DNA of 64,000 nt from Leptolyngbyaceae cyanobacterium (GCA_965263355.1 CBDHHL010000032.1:1184001-1248000); one strand, 5' to 3'. Shown: positions 46,694 to 57,730, counted from the first letter of the stretch. The notes: generated by a model from the sequence alone, not told the origin. Numbers and translations are program-made.

Positions 46694-48766
46694 TTATCTA
46701 TGACTGCCAATTTCAGCCACAATTTTCTCCTTTATTCTCTCGGGTACCGTACTCAGATGATCATACTGCCAACTGAAGAAGCCCACTCCCATACTCAACG
46801 AGCGTAACTCTAAGATGAGAGTTTGCATTTCAGCCACAGGCAGCTGAGCAGAGACTTCATCCCAACCTGGCCAATTTTCCTTGTTGTTGTACCCCATCAC
46901 CTGCCCTCGACGACCGCTGATCAGCGTGAGCACATTGGAGGTAAAGCGATTGGGGACCGATATAGACAGCGAAGCCACCGGTTCTAACAGCGCTGGCTTG
47001 CACTCAGGTAGCCCAGTTTGCATCGCAATGCGAGCCGCCTGCTTAAATGCCTGATCAGAACTATCTACATGGTGATAAGACCCGTTTTTCAATGTGACCG
47101 AGACATCCACCACTGGGAAGCCTAAAGGACCTTGTTTAAGAAACTCTCTTACCCCCGTCTCCACACTAGGAATATATTGTTTGGGAACAACACCGCCAAC
47201 AATCTTTTCATCGAACTTAAACCCTTCTCCCCTGGGTAAGGGCTGAATGTCGATGTAAATGTCGCCAAACTGTCCATGGCCACCGGTCTGGTGTTTGTAG
47301 CGTCCGCGAATATCAGATTTAGCATTGCGGATGGTCTCTTTGTAAGCGACCTGAGGTTCATGGGTAGTCATGGGCAAGTTGTACTTGCGGTTGAGCCAGT
47401 CCATGGCAATTTTCAGATGGACATCTCCCTGCCCCCACAAAATCACTTCGTGGGTGTCGCCATGTTGTTCCCAATGTAGGGCAGGGTCTTCTTCCACTAA
47501 TTTGTTGAGGGCTCCGCTGAGCTTTACTTCGTCATTGCGCTTTTCGGGGGCAATGGCTAGGGCATAAACCGCTGGCAAAATATCCGCTGTGGGTAAGATT
47601 TTGTCAGCGGTTTCGGCTGTGGTTAGGGTGTCGCCCGTTTGAGCATTTTCTAGGCGGGCGATCGCAACCACATTACCAGCCTCAGCCGCACTTAGTGCCT
47701 GTTGTTGACTCCCCCTTAAGGCATAAAGACCACCCATGCGATCCATGCCAAGGCTGGCTCCATCCTTGAGGGTACCTCGCCAGATCCGAGCCAACGATAG
47801 TTTGCCACCTTGGGGACTATAGTAGGTTTTGAGAATCTGCACTAAGGGTTTGTTATTACTTAGATCAATGCCCCGTCGTTCAGCCGTCACCTGCGGTTCG
47901 GGGGTTTCACGGACTAAGGCATCCAGCAGTGGGCGAACACCATAATCATTGGTGGCTACACCAACAAACACGGGCACTACCAGGTCTGCGCCCAACTCCA
48001 TCCTGAGATCCTGAATAATTTCATCTTCTGGTGGATCGATTTCTTCCAGTAGCTCTTCTAATAAATGATCGTCAAAGTCTGCTAGAGTCTCCAGCATTTC
48101 GGTGCGCGCTGCTTTTTCCTCTGCCGCCAGTTCTGTCGGCAACGGTATCGGGTCAGCTGCCGCTCCAGCATGGTAGTGATAGGCTTGCTCACTAACTAAG
48201 TCAATAAACCCTACCAGGTCTGCGCCAGTGCCAATGGGATATTGGTGGGGCACTAGGGGCCGACTAGAAACAGATTTTAGGGCGTCTAACACCTCTGCAA
48301 AGGGTGCACTGGCGCGATCCATTTTATTTAGCCAGACCACATGGGGGATTTCCCACTTATCGAGAAAATGTAATAGCGGTGAGACCGTAAGGACCCTGCT
48401 GGGGTCAGGTTCGCACACGACAATGGCGGCGTCCACACCCATCAAAACATGTAGCGGTTCTTGCAATAATTCAATTGAGCCTGGGCAGTCAAGGAATGTA
48501 AAACGAATGCCGCCGTACTCAGTACAGGCGGCATTCGTTTCGACCGTCATTTGGCGATTGCGGGCTTCAGGTGTGTGGTCTCCAACCGTATTACCGTCAG
48601 GAATAGATCCTTTGCGAGAAATAGCATCGGTGACCGAAAGCAGACTCTCAAGCAATGTGGTTTTACCACTTGAGTATGGGCCTACAATCGCCACGTTTCG
48701 TGAACGACAGACAGCGGCTTTAGCCATAGGTTTACCCCTTTTTCTAAAGAGAAGAAAATCGGCCAA
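46694..48766 (-). CDS. Elongation factor G-like protein (EF-G2-type paralog; start probably ATG 48727)
   Basis: GPYSSGKTT, DCPG, NKMD, KHQTGGHGQFG, GSYHHVDSS..AF. Confidence 0.9.
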   Translation of the reverse strand: MADFLLFRKRGKPMAKAAVCRSRNVAIVGPYSSGKTTLLESLLSVTDAISRKGSIPDGNTVGDHTPEARNRQMTVETNAACTEYGGIRFTFLDCPGSIELLQEPLHVLMGVDAAIVVCEPDPSRVLTVSPLLHFLDKWEIPHVVWLNKMDRASAPFAEVLDALKSVSSRPLVPHQYPIGTGADLVGFIDLVSEQAYHYHAGAAADPIPLPTELAAEEKAARTEMLETLADFDDHLLEELLEEIDPPEDEIIQDLRMELGADLVVPVFVGVATNDYGVRPLLDALVRETPEPQVTAERRGIDLSNNKPLVQILKTYYSPQGGKLSLARIWRGTLKDGASLGMDRMGGLYALRGSQQQALSAAEAGNVVAIARLENAQTGDTLTTAETADKILPTADILPAVYALAIAPEKRNDEVKLSGALNKLVEEDPALHWEQHGDTHEVILWGQGDVHLKIAMDWLNRKYNLPMTTHEPQVAYKETIRNAKSDIRGRYKHQTGGHGQFGDIYIDIQPLPRGEGFKFDEKIVGGVVPKQYIPSVETGVREFLKQGPLGFPVVDVSVTLKNGSYHHVDSSDQAFKQAARIAMQTGLPECKPALLEPVASLSISVPNRFTSNVLTLISGRRGQVMGYNNKENWPGWDEVSAQLPVAEMQTLILELRSLSMGVGFFSWQYDHLSTVPERIKEKIVAEIGSHR

Positions 48767-49331
48767 GTTCAGATTGGGGTTTTAGGTTGTAGAGCGTCTG
48801 AACTTTTAGGCCAGGGGACGATACCTCTTAACGGACATTAAGGGCGAAATCAATTAGGTTAAGAAACTATGAGCCCCTGGGTTATATGGCTAGCCTAGCG
48901 TTGCTAGAAGTCCTTAATGAAAAGGAGTTTGAAAAAATTTATCAGTTTAAGAAGAGTAAGGCAGGGTTAAGTTTTAAGTTTTAACTGTTGAGTTTTGAGT
49001 GGAACTCAAATCCACCTCCGGTTCAAAACCGCGCGTTGTCGACTAAAGCGACAAAATTATTCATGCTGATTGGGATCGTTTATACGTGACTAATCCTTTG
49101 AGTGGGTTTTAATCCAATTAACCTTCTGGCTTTGATTCCAAGACGGAGTAACGCCTTGTCACCAGATGCAAGACTTTGAGAATGGACTCTACTTCCAGTT
49201 TTTATTCACACCAATGAGATTGCCAAACAGCATAATAAATCCACTCGCTAGGATAATTAGGGCTAAAGCCGCAAAGATACCGTCGAAAGCTGAGAGGTCT
49301 TCCATGGTCGGGATGACTAATTTTTCTACTT

Positions 49332-49814
49332 CTATAGTTTAGAGGGTCTGGTAGAGTTGAGAGCACGCTGGCCATCAAACTTGTCGATGATAATATTGCT
49401 GTAACGGGTTGCGATCGCACCTACCGACAATAAACATATCTCCAGCTCTGTCGGATCCATGTGCTTACCCCCCAAAATGCGATTAGCAAAAAACACCGTA
49501 CCTGCTTTATCAGTTTGAAATGAACCAAACCGCATTTTTCGGTTTTCGTCCAATAAAAACCTAAGCAAGTCTAGCTCAGGTCCACAACTAAGAGCGACAC
49601 AACTACTGGCTCGTACTATGGCCATTTCTTTATCAGGATACGGATGAGTATCCCAGGGCAGCACATACAACTCAACTAGCGTTGTTTCTTCGTAGAGCAA
49701 ATCAAAACAAGGCTGCTCTACATCGGTTCGTACGGTTGCTTTAAATAGGCTGCCACTGAGATAGTCCTGTACCCGCTCATAGGTAAGTTCTTGGGCCCCA
49801 TTAGTAAATTTCAT
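49332..49814 (-). CDS. YbjN/T3SS-chaperone-like domain protein
   Basis: LLRFLLDEN.KMRFGSF..D..G.V; directly downstream of devA-like gene. Confidence 0.65.
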   Translation of the reverse strand: MKFTNGAQELTYERVQDYLSGSLFKATVRTDVEQPCFDLLYEETTLVELYVLPWDTHPYPDKEMAIVRASSCVALSCGPELDLLRFLLDENRKMRFGSFQTDKAGTVFFANRILGGKHMDPTELEICLLSVGAIATRYSNIIIDKFDGQRALNSTRPSKL

Positions 49815-49819
49815 TAACA

Positions 49820-50605
49820 CTACATGATAAACATATCGGCACTGACCTCTGCTGGACCGCTTTGTTTCTTTTTAACAAAGGCATTGGGGCTGCTGTCCGA
49901 CTCCAGACGACCGTCCACCAGGTTGATAATGCGATCGGCCACATCCAAAATACGATTGTCGTGGGTGACCATCAGCACAGTGCAACCTTCTTGCCTTGAG
50001 AGCGTATGGAGGTAGTTCACGACGTCACGACCGGATTTTTTATCCAGGGCCGCTGTGGGTTCATCGGCCAAAATCAGTTTTGGATGATTTACAAGGGCCC
50101 TTGCGATGGCCACCCGTTGTTTTTGACCGCCGGACAGTGAGTGGGGTTTGTAATCTACTCGTTCAGCTAGCCCGAGGGTACTAAGCATGGTGACGGCTTG
50201 CTCTCGCTTTGATGAGAATTTTCCGGTAAGTTCCACAGCCATTTCGACATTTTGGCTGGCGGTCAGAGACTCAAATAAATTGTGCGCCTGAAAAATAAAG
50301 CCAATATTGCGGCGGATATTGACCATGGCTCGTTCGCCCATGCCAACTAGTTCTTGGTCAAGTATACGCAGGCTGCCTGAGTGTAACTGTCTCAGTGCGC
50401 CTGCCAAGGTTAGTAATGTTGTCTTACCAGAGCCAGAGGGACCGGTGAGAATAACAATTTGGCCCTTGGGTAACTCAAGGGAAATATCGAACAATACTTG
50501 TTTGCTCAGGTCACCGATGCCAAAGAAATAGTTTAGATGCTGAATTTGAACAGCCAGGTCATCTCTAGATGACTCAAAGGTAGATTTTTTTTGAGTTTTG
50601 AACAT
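49820..50605 (-). CDS. devA: DevA-type ABC transporter ATP-binding protein
   Basis: GPSGSGKTT, IGFIFQAHNL, LSGGQKQRVAIARA, ADEPTAALD. Confidence 0.9.
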   Translation of the reverse strand: MFKTQKKSTFESSRDDLAVQIQHLNYFFGIGDLSKQVLFDISLELPKGQIVILTGPSGSGKTTLLTLAGALRQLHSGSLRILDQELVGMGERAMVNIRRNIGFIFQAHNLFESLTASQNVEMAVELTGKFSSKREQAVTMLSTLGLAERVDYKPHSLSGGQKQRVAIARALVNHPKLILADEPTAALDKKSGRDVVNYLHTLSRQEGCTVLMVTHDNRILDVADRIINLVDGRLESDSSPNAFVKKKQSGPAEVSADMFIM

Positions 50606-50749
50606 GTTGCTACCCTAACTCAACGTCTATGTAAAGTTGTTCGATGATAATGATTGCTAATCCCAGACTCTTATCGGGCTATATTGTCTAGCTCCAGATA
50701 TTCGGTTGGTGAGCAGTAGGCATAGCCAACAACCATCGGGACTGACTCT

Positions 50750-51919
50750 CTAAAATACGTCGGCTGGATCGGTGGTTTGAACTTTGCGGACCGCGATCGC
50801 ACCCGAAACTAAACACATGATGAACGTCGCCATAAGTAAATTCATAATGCGCTCTGGCGTCATTTGGAAAAATAGACCAGTCGCATTACCTGCCGCCTGA
50901 TAAAGTAACTGACTTACTAACACCCCTGGAATAAATCCCAGCACAGATAAAATCAGAGCTTCCTGGATAACCACCCCTAAAAGATAACCATTCCTATATC
51001 CCATAGCCTTAAGCGTGGCATATTCAGCCCAATGGTCAGCTACGTCGGTATAAAGAATTTGATATACCAAAATAATGCCGACAAAAAAGCCCATGCTGGT
51101 GAGCAATGAAAACACAAAACCAATATTAGTGTTCTCTTGCCAGTATTTGCGCTCGCGAATAACAAACCCGTTTTCCCCTTCTCGGGCGATCACCAGCACA
51201 TCGTTGGGCAGGTTATTTTGCAGAGTTTTAACGATGCGCTTTGTATTAGTGCCTGGTTCCAGTTTCACCACCCCAACATCAACAGTCGCAAAGCTACGCT
51301 TATCTTCCTCGGGACCCCGATCAGCAAAGTAGCGCAGAAAGTTTTGGTCGCTCATAAGTAGGTTGCCATTGCCTGAAGCAAAGTCAGTACCCATGGTAAA
51401 AGTCCCCACAAGGCGAATATGCCGATCCGCTAACTCACTGACCACGCCAGCTTCGATGGGACCTACCTCCGCTCGCGATTGGGTGTCCATAAGAGCCGTT
51501 TCTGGGAGCTTTAAGGCCTGGCGATGGGTTTCGATTTCAGGGATATTGAGTACCGGTTCATCCGGATTAATGGCAATCACCCTAACGCCACGAGATTTAC
51601 GATTTTCTGGATTTTTCCAGTTCACTTCACTGATATACATGGCATAGGCGTCCTGCACCCCGTCAAAGGCCCGAGCTTGATACAGCCGTCTGCGGGCAAA
51701 GGCACGGGGGACAAACATATTGGTCCGTAGGCGATTAATAATGATGACCTCACCGTTTAAGCGGTTTAATAGCTGCAGCTGACTGTCATATAGGGCATTC
51801 ATAAACCCGTTAAACATAAACATCAGCAGAACAGCAAACCCCACACCGGCCAAAGAGGTGGCAAAGCGGCGGCGGTCATGGGTGAGATTCAGCCAAGCGA
51901 GGGGGATTCGTTTAATCAT
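50750..51919 (-). CDS. devC: DevC-type ABC permease
   Basis: IPLAWLNL, VGFAVLLMF, VYQILYTDV..H..EYATLKAMGY, DPADVF. Confidence 0.9.
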   Translation of the reverse strand: MIKRIPLAWLNLTHDRRRFATSLAGVGFAVLLMFMFNGFMNALYDSQLQLLNRLNGEVIIINRLRTNMFVPRAFARRRLYQARAFDGVQDAYAMYISEVNWKNPENRKSRGVRVIAINPDEPVLNIPEIETHRQALKLPETALMDTQSRAEVGPIEAGVVSELADRHIRLVGTFTMGTDFASGNGNLLMSDQNFLRYFADRGPEEDKRSFATVDVGVVKLEPGTNTKRIVKTLQNNLPNDVLVIAREGENGFVIRERKYWQENTNIGFVFSLLTSMGFFVGIILVYQILYTDVADHWAEYATLKAMGYRNGYLLGVVIQEALILSVLGFIPGVLVSQLLYQAAGNATGLFFQMTPERIMNLLMATFIMCLVSGAIAVRKVQTTDPADVF

Positions 51920-52050
51920 TCAGTCTGTTGCACACCCATTGACGAAATGCCCGTACGACAGATTGAGTCCAGCTAACATCTTCTAGCAGTAGCCTCTGGC
52001 CTGGAGGGACATGGAGTTGTCGGACCTGTAATAAAACCATGGAAATTTAC

Positions 52051-53196
52051 CTAGAAGATTTCAGCTGGGTCAGCCGTCACGGCTTTTCGCACAGAAATAA
52101 GGCCCGATAGGCTGCACATTAGTAATGTTAGGCATAAGACAAAGATGACACGACCGCCATTCATGGCCACAGGTAAGGTACCAGCGGTCGCCTTGGCAGT
52201 GAGGTGATACAGCCCAAGGGCAGCAGCAAGACCAGGAATATACCCGAGAACGGCTAGAAAAATAGCTTCTTGTAGCACAATCTTGAATAGGTACTGGGAG
52301 CGATACCCCATAGCCTTCATGGTGGCGTACTCGGGCAGGTGATCTCGAATATCAGTAAATAAAATCTGGTAGACGATAACAGCACCAACCACAAACGAAA
52401 CCGCTACACCCAAGCTAAAAATAAAACCAATGGAGGTAGATTCTAGCCAGTAGTCAGCGTCATGTTTGATCATGCCTGCTTTGGTGTAAACGTCCACATC
52501 GGCAGGTAGTAAGGCACGCATGGTTTCGGCCACTTTTTCCGGAGGTGTGCCAGTTTTGAGCTTCACCAGCCCCACATTGATCAAATTTAGGGGCCGAGGC
52601 TCTAAATATCGCACAAAATTTTGGTCGCTCATAATCAGGGTGCCGTCGGCGGCAAACCCACCCCCCAGAACATAGGTGCCGCCGATAGTGGCGCGGCGAC
52701 GGTCGGCCTCGGTCGTGATACCAATTTCTTGGGGACCAAATTCTGGTCGGGAAAATCGATCAAAGAATACTGTATTAGGCTGACTAAGGATTCGACGGGC
52801 TTGGGTTCCCTGGAGTTCGGGCATCAAAAATACGGGGTCATTGGGGTTAATGCCATAGGTGAAAATGGCACGGCTTACACCGGTTTCAGGATTTCGCCAC
52901 AGCAGGTATTCGCTGTATAGGGGCATGACCCGCTCCACACCTTCTACGCCAGCAACCTGATACAGTCGCTCCCGTGGGAAGGCTGTTGAGGAGCTGATTT
53001 CTAACGTCTCTGGCGAAATCAAAAAAAGTTCAGCATTAAACTGTTCATAAAAGTTGGTGGCAGTGGAAATCAGGGCACCCATAAAGCCCAGATTCATAAA
53101 TATCAGGATGACGGCAAAGGCAACACCTGCGATCGCAACCACTAATCGAGTGCGCTCATGCATCAAATTAGCCCAAGCTACCGAAACCCTTGCCAT
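52051..53196 (-). CDS. devC: DevC-type ABC permease (second paralog)
   Basis: VAFAVILIFM, VYQILFTDI.DHLPEYATMKAMGY, DPAEIF. Confidence 0.9.
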   Translation of the reverse strand: MARVSVAWANLMHERTRLVVAIAGVAFAVILIFMNLGFMGALISTATNFYEQFNAELFLISPETLEISSSTAFPRERLYQVAGVEGVERVMPLYSEYLLWRNPETGVSRAIFTYGINPNDPVFLMPELQGTQARRILSQPNTVFFDRFSRPEFGPQEIGITTEADRRRATIGGTYVLGGGFAADGTLIMSDQNFVRYLEPRPLNLINVGLVKLKTGTPPEKVAETMRALLPADVDVYTKAGMIKHDADYWLESTSIGFIFSLGVAVSFVVGAVIVYQILFTDIRDHLPEYATMKAMGYRSQYLFKIVLQEAIFLAVLGYIPGLAAALGLYHLTAKATAGTLPVAMNGGRVIFVLCLTLLMCSLSGLISVRKAVTADPAEIF

Positions 53197-53198
53197 AG

Positions 53199-54389
53199 CT
53201 AGCTTTTTCCGGACGCAACATCGGTTTTGATGTCGATCAACACATCCACCTGGAGATTGGTCAGCATGGCGACCACTTCATCTTGATCCACGGCAATGCG
53301 GACTTCGACGATGCGGGCATCCGCATTAGCTGCTGGATCATCATCCAGTACATCGTTCTTAAAAATCTGCAGACCAATGGTTTCCACCTGACCACTAAGT
53401 TCTCCCTCAAAAGCCCCATTACGACTGGTGATGGTGGCTTTTTGCCCAGGTTTTACCAAACCCACATCGGTTTCATAGACTTCGGCTACGACGTACATTT
53501 CATCTGTGTTGCCCATGGACAATAGCCGATTATTAGCAATAGCTTCTCCTGGACGGATGTAAATGTCCAAAATTTGACCCGCTATCGGTGCTTGGATGAC
53601 CGTGCGATTAAGTCTGGCTTCTGCTAAAGCTAAATTTTGCTGAGCGGCTTCCACCCCAGTCTCTACGGAGGCTAGTTGCAAATTGGCCTCGGCCATAGAT
53701 ACTTGGGCCGCCGCATTATCTAACGCCGTATCCCGTGCCAGTTCTAGCTGAGTTTTTGTGGCTTGGGCGTTGGCAATATCACTGATAAGTTCCTCCACCT
53801 GGGTTTGTTGCTGGTCCAGATCCTGTCGGGTAATGGCACCTTGGCCAAACAAGTTCTGAAAACGAGCTAAATCAGTTTCTGCTAAAGCCAGACTGGCTTC
53901 TAAACTGCGAATTTTGGCAGCTTGAGCTTCAATGGCTTGAATTTGAGGTTGGTCAATTTGCCCCGCTTTTGTATTAGCTTCAGTGATACGAGCAGCACCT
54001 AACGTCTGCTCGGCTGCCAAGCTTTGCTGAGCTTCCGCGAGTTGACTAGCGGCGTAGTCACGTTCAGCCTTACGGATATCGTACATGTCTAGCTCAGCTA
54101 GGATCTGGCCAGACTCTACTTGAAATCCTTCCTCTACGAGTAATTTGGCTAACACACCGGTTTCTGCCGCAGCGACATCAATCACTTCGCTTTTCGGTTC
54201 AATCCGACCTAAGGCAGCTACGTCCACACGCTGCGGTGGTGGTTTTGCGGCCTCTTCAAGAGCGGCCTGACGTGATTGTTGCGCTGAGCGAAGTGCGACC
54301 AGAGCTGCACTGCCAACCACTAAAAACAGTACTATCCCAATCCAAAAACTGGTTTTTTTTAAGGGCTGTTGAGCAGACTGTGGAACCAT
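53199..54389 (-). CDS. devB: DevB-type membrane fusion protein
   Basis: VAALGRIEP..EVI, APIAGQIL, MYVVAEVYETDV, ARIVEVRI, TNLQV. Confidence 0.9.
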   Translation of the reverse strand: MVPQSAQQPLKKTSFWIGIVLFLVVGSAALVALRSAQQSRQAALEEAAKPPPQRVDVAALGRIEPKSEVIDVAAAETGVLAKLLVEEGFQVESGQILAELDMYDIRKAERDYAASQLAEAQQSLAAEQTLGAARITEANTKAGQIDQPQIQAIEAQAAKIRSLEASLALAETDLARFQNLFGQGAITRQDLDQQQTQVEELISDIANAQATKTQLELARDTALDNAAAQVSMAEANLQLASVETGVEAAQQNLALAEARLNRTVIQAPIAGQILDIYIRPGEAIANNRLLSMGNTDEMYVVAEVYETDVGLVKPGQKATITSRNGAFEGELSGQVETIGLQIFKNDVLDDDPAANADARIVEVRIAVDQDEVVAMLTNLQVDVLIDIKTDVASGKS

Positions 54390-54552
54390 ACGGGCTTTTA
54401 GGGCTTCTTATACGGTGATGGATGCCAGAGAAAGTTAAGCAAATTTTACTGTCTAGTTTAATTCCTCTAGTGAGAATCATGTTGTTGTAGGTAATGCGCT
54501 TTGTTAGGCAATACATTTCTATGGACATTGCCTACTGCCCATAGCCCATAGC

Positions 54553-55533
54553 CTAAAGCAAATTCATCAACGTTACTTCCCAAACTAATCTGGGTTGTAC
54601 GTATCTCAGGAGTTGTTTGCGGGCGAGTTCTAGTTGCTCCATGCCTTGAGCATGGCCTTGTTGCCAGCGGATTTGTTGTAGATAGTCTAGAAGCCAGAGT
54701 TGTGATTCTGGTTCTAAGGTTTGGGCAATTTGGCGGGCGAGTCCTAGGGCCGTGGGAAGATCGGCCAGGGGCTGGCTGATTTGTTGGAGTAGTTCTGGAG
54801 CAATGGTTTGTAGCTGCTGCCAGCTCGCAATAGCACCCCCTGGACTGCCCTGGGCCAGGGCCAGCACTTCAGGGGAATTCAAAATTTCGTCATGGCCACC
54901 CTGGGTCAGCACCTGAGCCATATCGGCTGGGCTCAAGCGTCTAAATGGGATGGTCTGACAGCGTGAAATCAAGGTAGGCAGAAGTGTTTGCTGGTCAGGG
55001 GCAATTAATACTAAAGTGGCCTGTCCCGGTTCTTCTAGGGTTTTAAGCAAACCGTTGGCGGCAGCTTCCGCAATCAAGTCTGCTGATTCAATGACGACAA
55101 CGGCTCGGCTAGCTTCCAACGGCGGGCGACTCAAAAAGCGGGCAATGTCTCGAATTTGTTCTAAACGCACTTGAGGACGTCCACGGCGTTTGATACCAGT
55201 TGCCTGGGCTTCGGCTACGGTTAAGAGCTTATTCTGATGCAGGTAGGTGGGTTCAACCCAGAGTAAATCGGGATGATTTCGAAACTGAATTCGACGTTTG
55301 AGGTTATCGGTTGCTTCGTATGAATTATCCAGCAACATGGTTGCAAATGCTGTGGCCACCAGGCTACGACCAACTCCAGCCGGACCTACAAATAAATAAC
55401 CAGGGGCAACCCGTTCTCGTATGACCGCCTGTATAAGTAAATTGACAGCCTGGGGCTGTCCAATAATATGGGCAAAATGCTGAATTAGTTGCTGTTTTTG
55501 CTCTGTGGAGGCTGAGGGCAACTCAAAGGGCAT
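54553..55533 (-). CDS. holB: DNA polymerase III subunit delta' (start revised to ATG 55533)
   Basis: YLFVGPAGVGR, HPDLLWVEP, AANGLLKTLEEP, LLPTLISRCQ; downstream of tmk. Confidence 0.92.
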   Translation of the reverse strand: MPFELPSASTEQKQQLIQHFAHIIGQPQAVNLLIQAVIRERVAPGYLFVGPAGVGRSLVATAFATMLLDNSYEATDNLKRRIQFRNHPDLLWVEPTYLHQNKLLTVAEAQATGIKRRGRPQVRLEQIRDIARFLSRPPLEASRAVVVIESADLIAEAAANGLLKTLEEPGQATLVLIAPDQQTLLPTLISRCQTIPFRRLSPADMAQVLTQGGHDEILNSPEVLALAQGSPGGAIASWQQLQTIAPELLQQISQPLADLPTALGLARQIAQTLEPESQLWLLDYLQQIRWQQGHAQGMEQLELARKQLLRYVQPRLVWEVTLMNLL

Positions 55534-56194
55534 ACCATTGTTGTAAGTAAGTTGAGACGATGGTTTGAATGTTTTCAGCGACAACTTCCTGACTAAGGCT
55601 GCCATCCACCGTAATGAATTTATCGTTTTGGGTTTTGGCCTGGGCAGCAAAGCCCTGATGAACTCGACGGTGAAATTCAATCCCGGCCTGCTCAATCCGG
55701 TCGGTTGTGCCTCGGGTGTTGATCCGTTTTAGTCCTTTGGCAACATCTAACTTGAGCCAGAGGGTCAGATCACTGCTTAAACCGCCAGTGGCAATAGTAT
55801 TTAGGGTATTGATTAAGTTTAAGTCAAGTTGTCGACCATAGCCTTGGTAGGCTATGGTTGAAGCAGTGTAGCGATCGCAAAGGATCAAATGACCTGTTTC
55901 AAGAGCGGGCATCAAAATTCGCTCCACATGTTGGGCACGGTCAGCTGCATAGAGTAATAGTTCTGATGTGCTAGTTAAACTTTCTGTCCCCGTTGATGGT
56001 TGTAATAAGACCTGTCTGATTTTCTGGCCCATGCTTGTTCCACCCGGTTGCCGAGTAATGAGGATTCCGGCTAGATGGTTAGACAGCTTACCCTTCATAC
56101 ATTTGCTTTCTAACCACTGGTGAAGATGGCGAATCTGTGTGGTTTTACCACTTCCTTCAATTCCTTCAAAGACGATGAGTTTACCGCGCATCAT
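55523..56194 (-). CDS. tmk: Thymidylate kinase
   Basis: FEGIEGSGKTTQ, LLYAADRAQH, LCDRY..ST.AYQGYGR. Confidence 0.95.
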   Translation of the reverse strand: MMRGKLIVFEGIEGSGKTTQIRHLHQWLESKCMKGKLSNHLAGILITRQPGGTSMGQKIRQVLLQPSTGTESLTSTSELLLYAADRAQHVERILMPALETGHLILCDRYTASTIAYQGYGRQLDLNLINTLNTIATGGLSSDLTLWLKLDVAKGLKRINTRGTTDRIEQAGIEFHRRVHQGFAAQAKTQNDKFITVDGSLSQEVVAENIQTIVSTYLQQWYAL

Positions 56195-56442
56195 TTCCTC
56201 AGTAGCAAAGTACAGTTACACTAATTCAAGAGGAGTGGTTCAATAACTTAATCTATATTTATCCTGAAAAGCTTACTGTTCTCTAGAAGGGTAAACGTAA
56301 ATGCAGATTTATACCTAGATATGGTGAGATAGTATATCCAGGTAATAAATTGCAAGATTATGACTCATTGTTTAGTCTAATGCTGCCCTTTCTCCTTCGA
56401 CACTTTAGGTTCTGAAACTGTGCAGTAGCTCCAGAATTTTCT

Positions 56443-56778
56443 ATGGCTCGGTATACCAATCTTTTCGTAAGCGTTCTTCCTGCTAATAACTTGCGTGAGT
56501 CATTACCAGGTGTTCTCCAGTCATGTGGTCTCCATTTGGTGTATCAGGATGGGGATTACATGATGGCAAAGGAGCGCCCTGGTATGGTTGCTTTTAGCCA
56601 GTTAGCTACGGTTGAGGTTTTGATCGGAGCTGCTGACGATACCGAATTTTTGTCCCAAGATACGGCCTCTACTGTTAATTTGGTAGTTAAGAATGAGGAG
56701 CTGCCGCTGAAGGCTAATAATCATTGCCACAAGGTTTTCATGCAAGTTAACCAGGCAATTGAGAGCAAGGCTAGCTGA
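56443..56778 (+). CDS. Conserved cyanobacterial hypothetical protein
   Basis: MARYT..L.SCGL..DYMMA.E..VKNEELPL..NHC. Confidence 0.7.
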   Translation: MARYTNLFVSVLPANNLRESLPGVLQSCGLHLVYQDGDYMMAKERPGMVAFSQLATVEVLIGAADDTEFLSQDTASTVNLVVKNEELPLKANNHCHKVFMQVNQAIESKAS

Positions 56779-56866
56779 CCTATGCTATAGGCTTTATTGA
56801 GCACTGATTGCAGCCTACCGGATAAAGGTATGAATGTAAGTTAGTCGCCCAATTTTGTTAAAGCTA

Positions 56867-57292
56867 CTAATTGTCTTCATCTTCGTCGATCATATTTGGA
56901 CTAATTAATGTGATGTCAAACTCGTCAGGAGGAACGGTTGACGTGGTATCCCGTTTCAACTGATAGTAAATTGCTCGTGCCTGCGGGCCGAAAACAATTT
57001 CATCTTCATTTTTTAGATCGTGGGCCTGTAATTTACGACCATTGATCAACATACCGTTTGCGCTGGGTTTGCCCTTAAGGTTGCCATCTACAATCCGATA
57101 GTAATAGCTTTCATCGTCCCTAGGGAGCTGCACTAGCGTGGCATGGTGTCTAGAAACAAACTGTGAAGCTAAGCGAATGTCACATTTCGCATCGCGACCA
57201 ACGGAATAGACAGAGCTATCTAGGACAATTTCCCGTCGGCCTTGACTATCCTCGACGATAAGAATACTGCTGAGATGAGAACCTGAAGCCAT
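56867..57292 (-). CDS. FHA-domain protein
   Basis: SVGRD, SQFVSRHHATL, SANG..ING. Confidence 0.9.
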   Translation of the reverse strand: MASGSHLSSILIVEDSQGRREIVLDSSVYSVGRDAKCDIRLASQFVSRHHATLVQLPRDDESYYYRIVDGNLKGKPSANGMLINGRKLQAHDLKNEDEIVFGPQARAIYYQLKRDTTSTVPPDEFDITLISPNMIDEDEDN

Positions 57293-57693
57293 GCTAACTG
57301 TGAAATGATAAATCCTAAAAAAATCAGGCTGTCAATTACTTAAACCATGTCCAAGTTAAAACCTGGAATTTCTTCTACGGCAAAACTATAATTCTGGACG
57401 TGGACAAAGCTATTTACTATCAATATTCTGTGAGTATTTAGAACCTTCAGGATTTTCCCTTGCTCTTCAGCGTTATGCAATGGGAATACCATACCCCTTA
57501 TATATGCTTTTCGAATTTTTCATAGAGAATTAGGTTATCCAAATAAGCATATGTAGCTGCTAAATCAATCTCAACTAAGACATAGCAGACAATATAGCAT
57601 TCCCTACCAAATACTGGAATACGACAGCTATTATCTTGCAATAATTAATCACTATCCTGAAAAAATATTTCTAACTAAAAAATATTTCTAACT

Positions 57694-57730
57694 AAAAAAT
57701 GCCATTTTGCTACAACGGCAAAATGGCATT
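57694..57730 (-). terminator. Intrinsic terminator of prk
   Basis: aatgccattttgc/gcaaaatggcatt stem with U-tract on the minus strand. Confidence 0.75.

Noticed and set aside
55534..55695. N-terminal extension of holB in the ORF track
   Set aside because: Overlaps tmk extensively; ATG at 55533 gives a normal-length protein.
57660..57699. 17-bp tandem duplication beside the prk terminator
   Set aside because: Simple local duplication with no sign of function.
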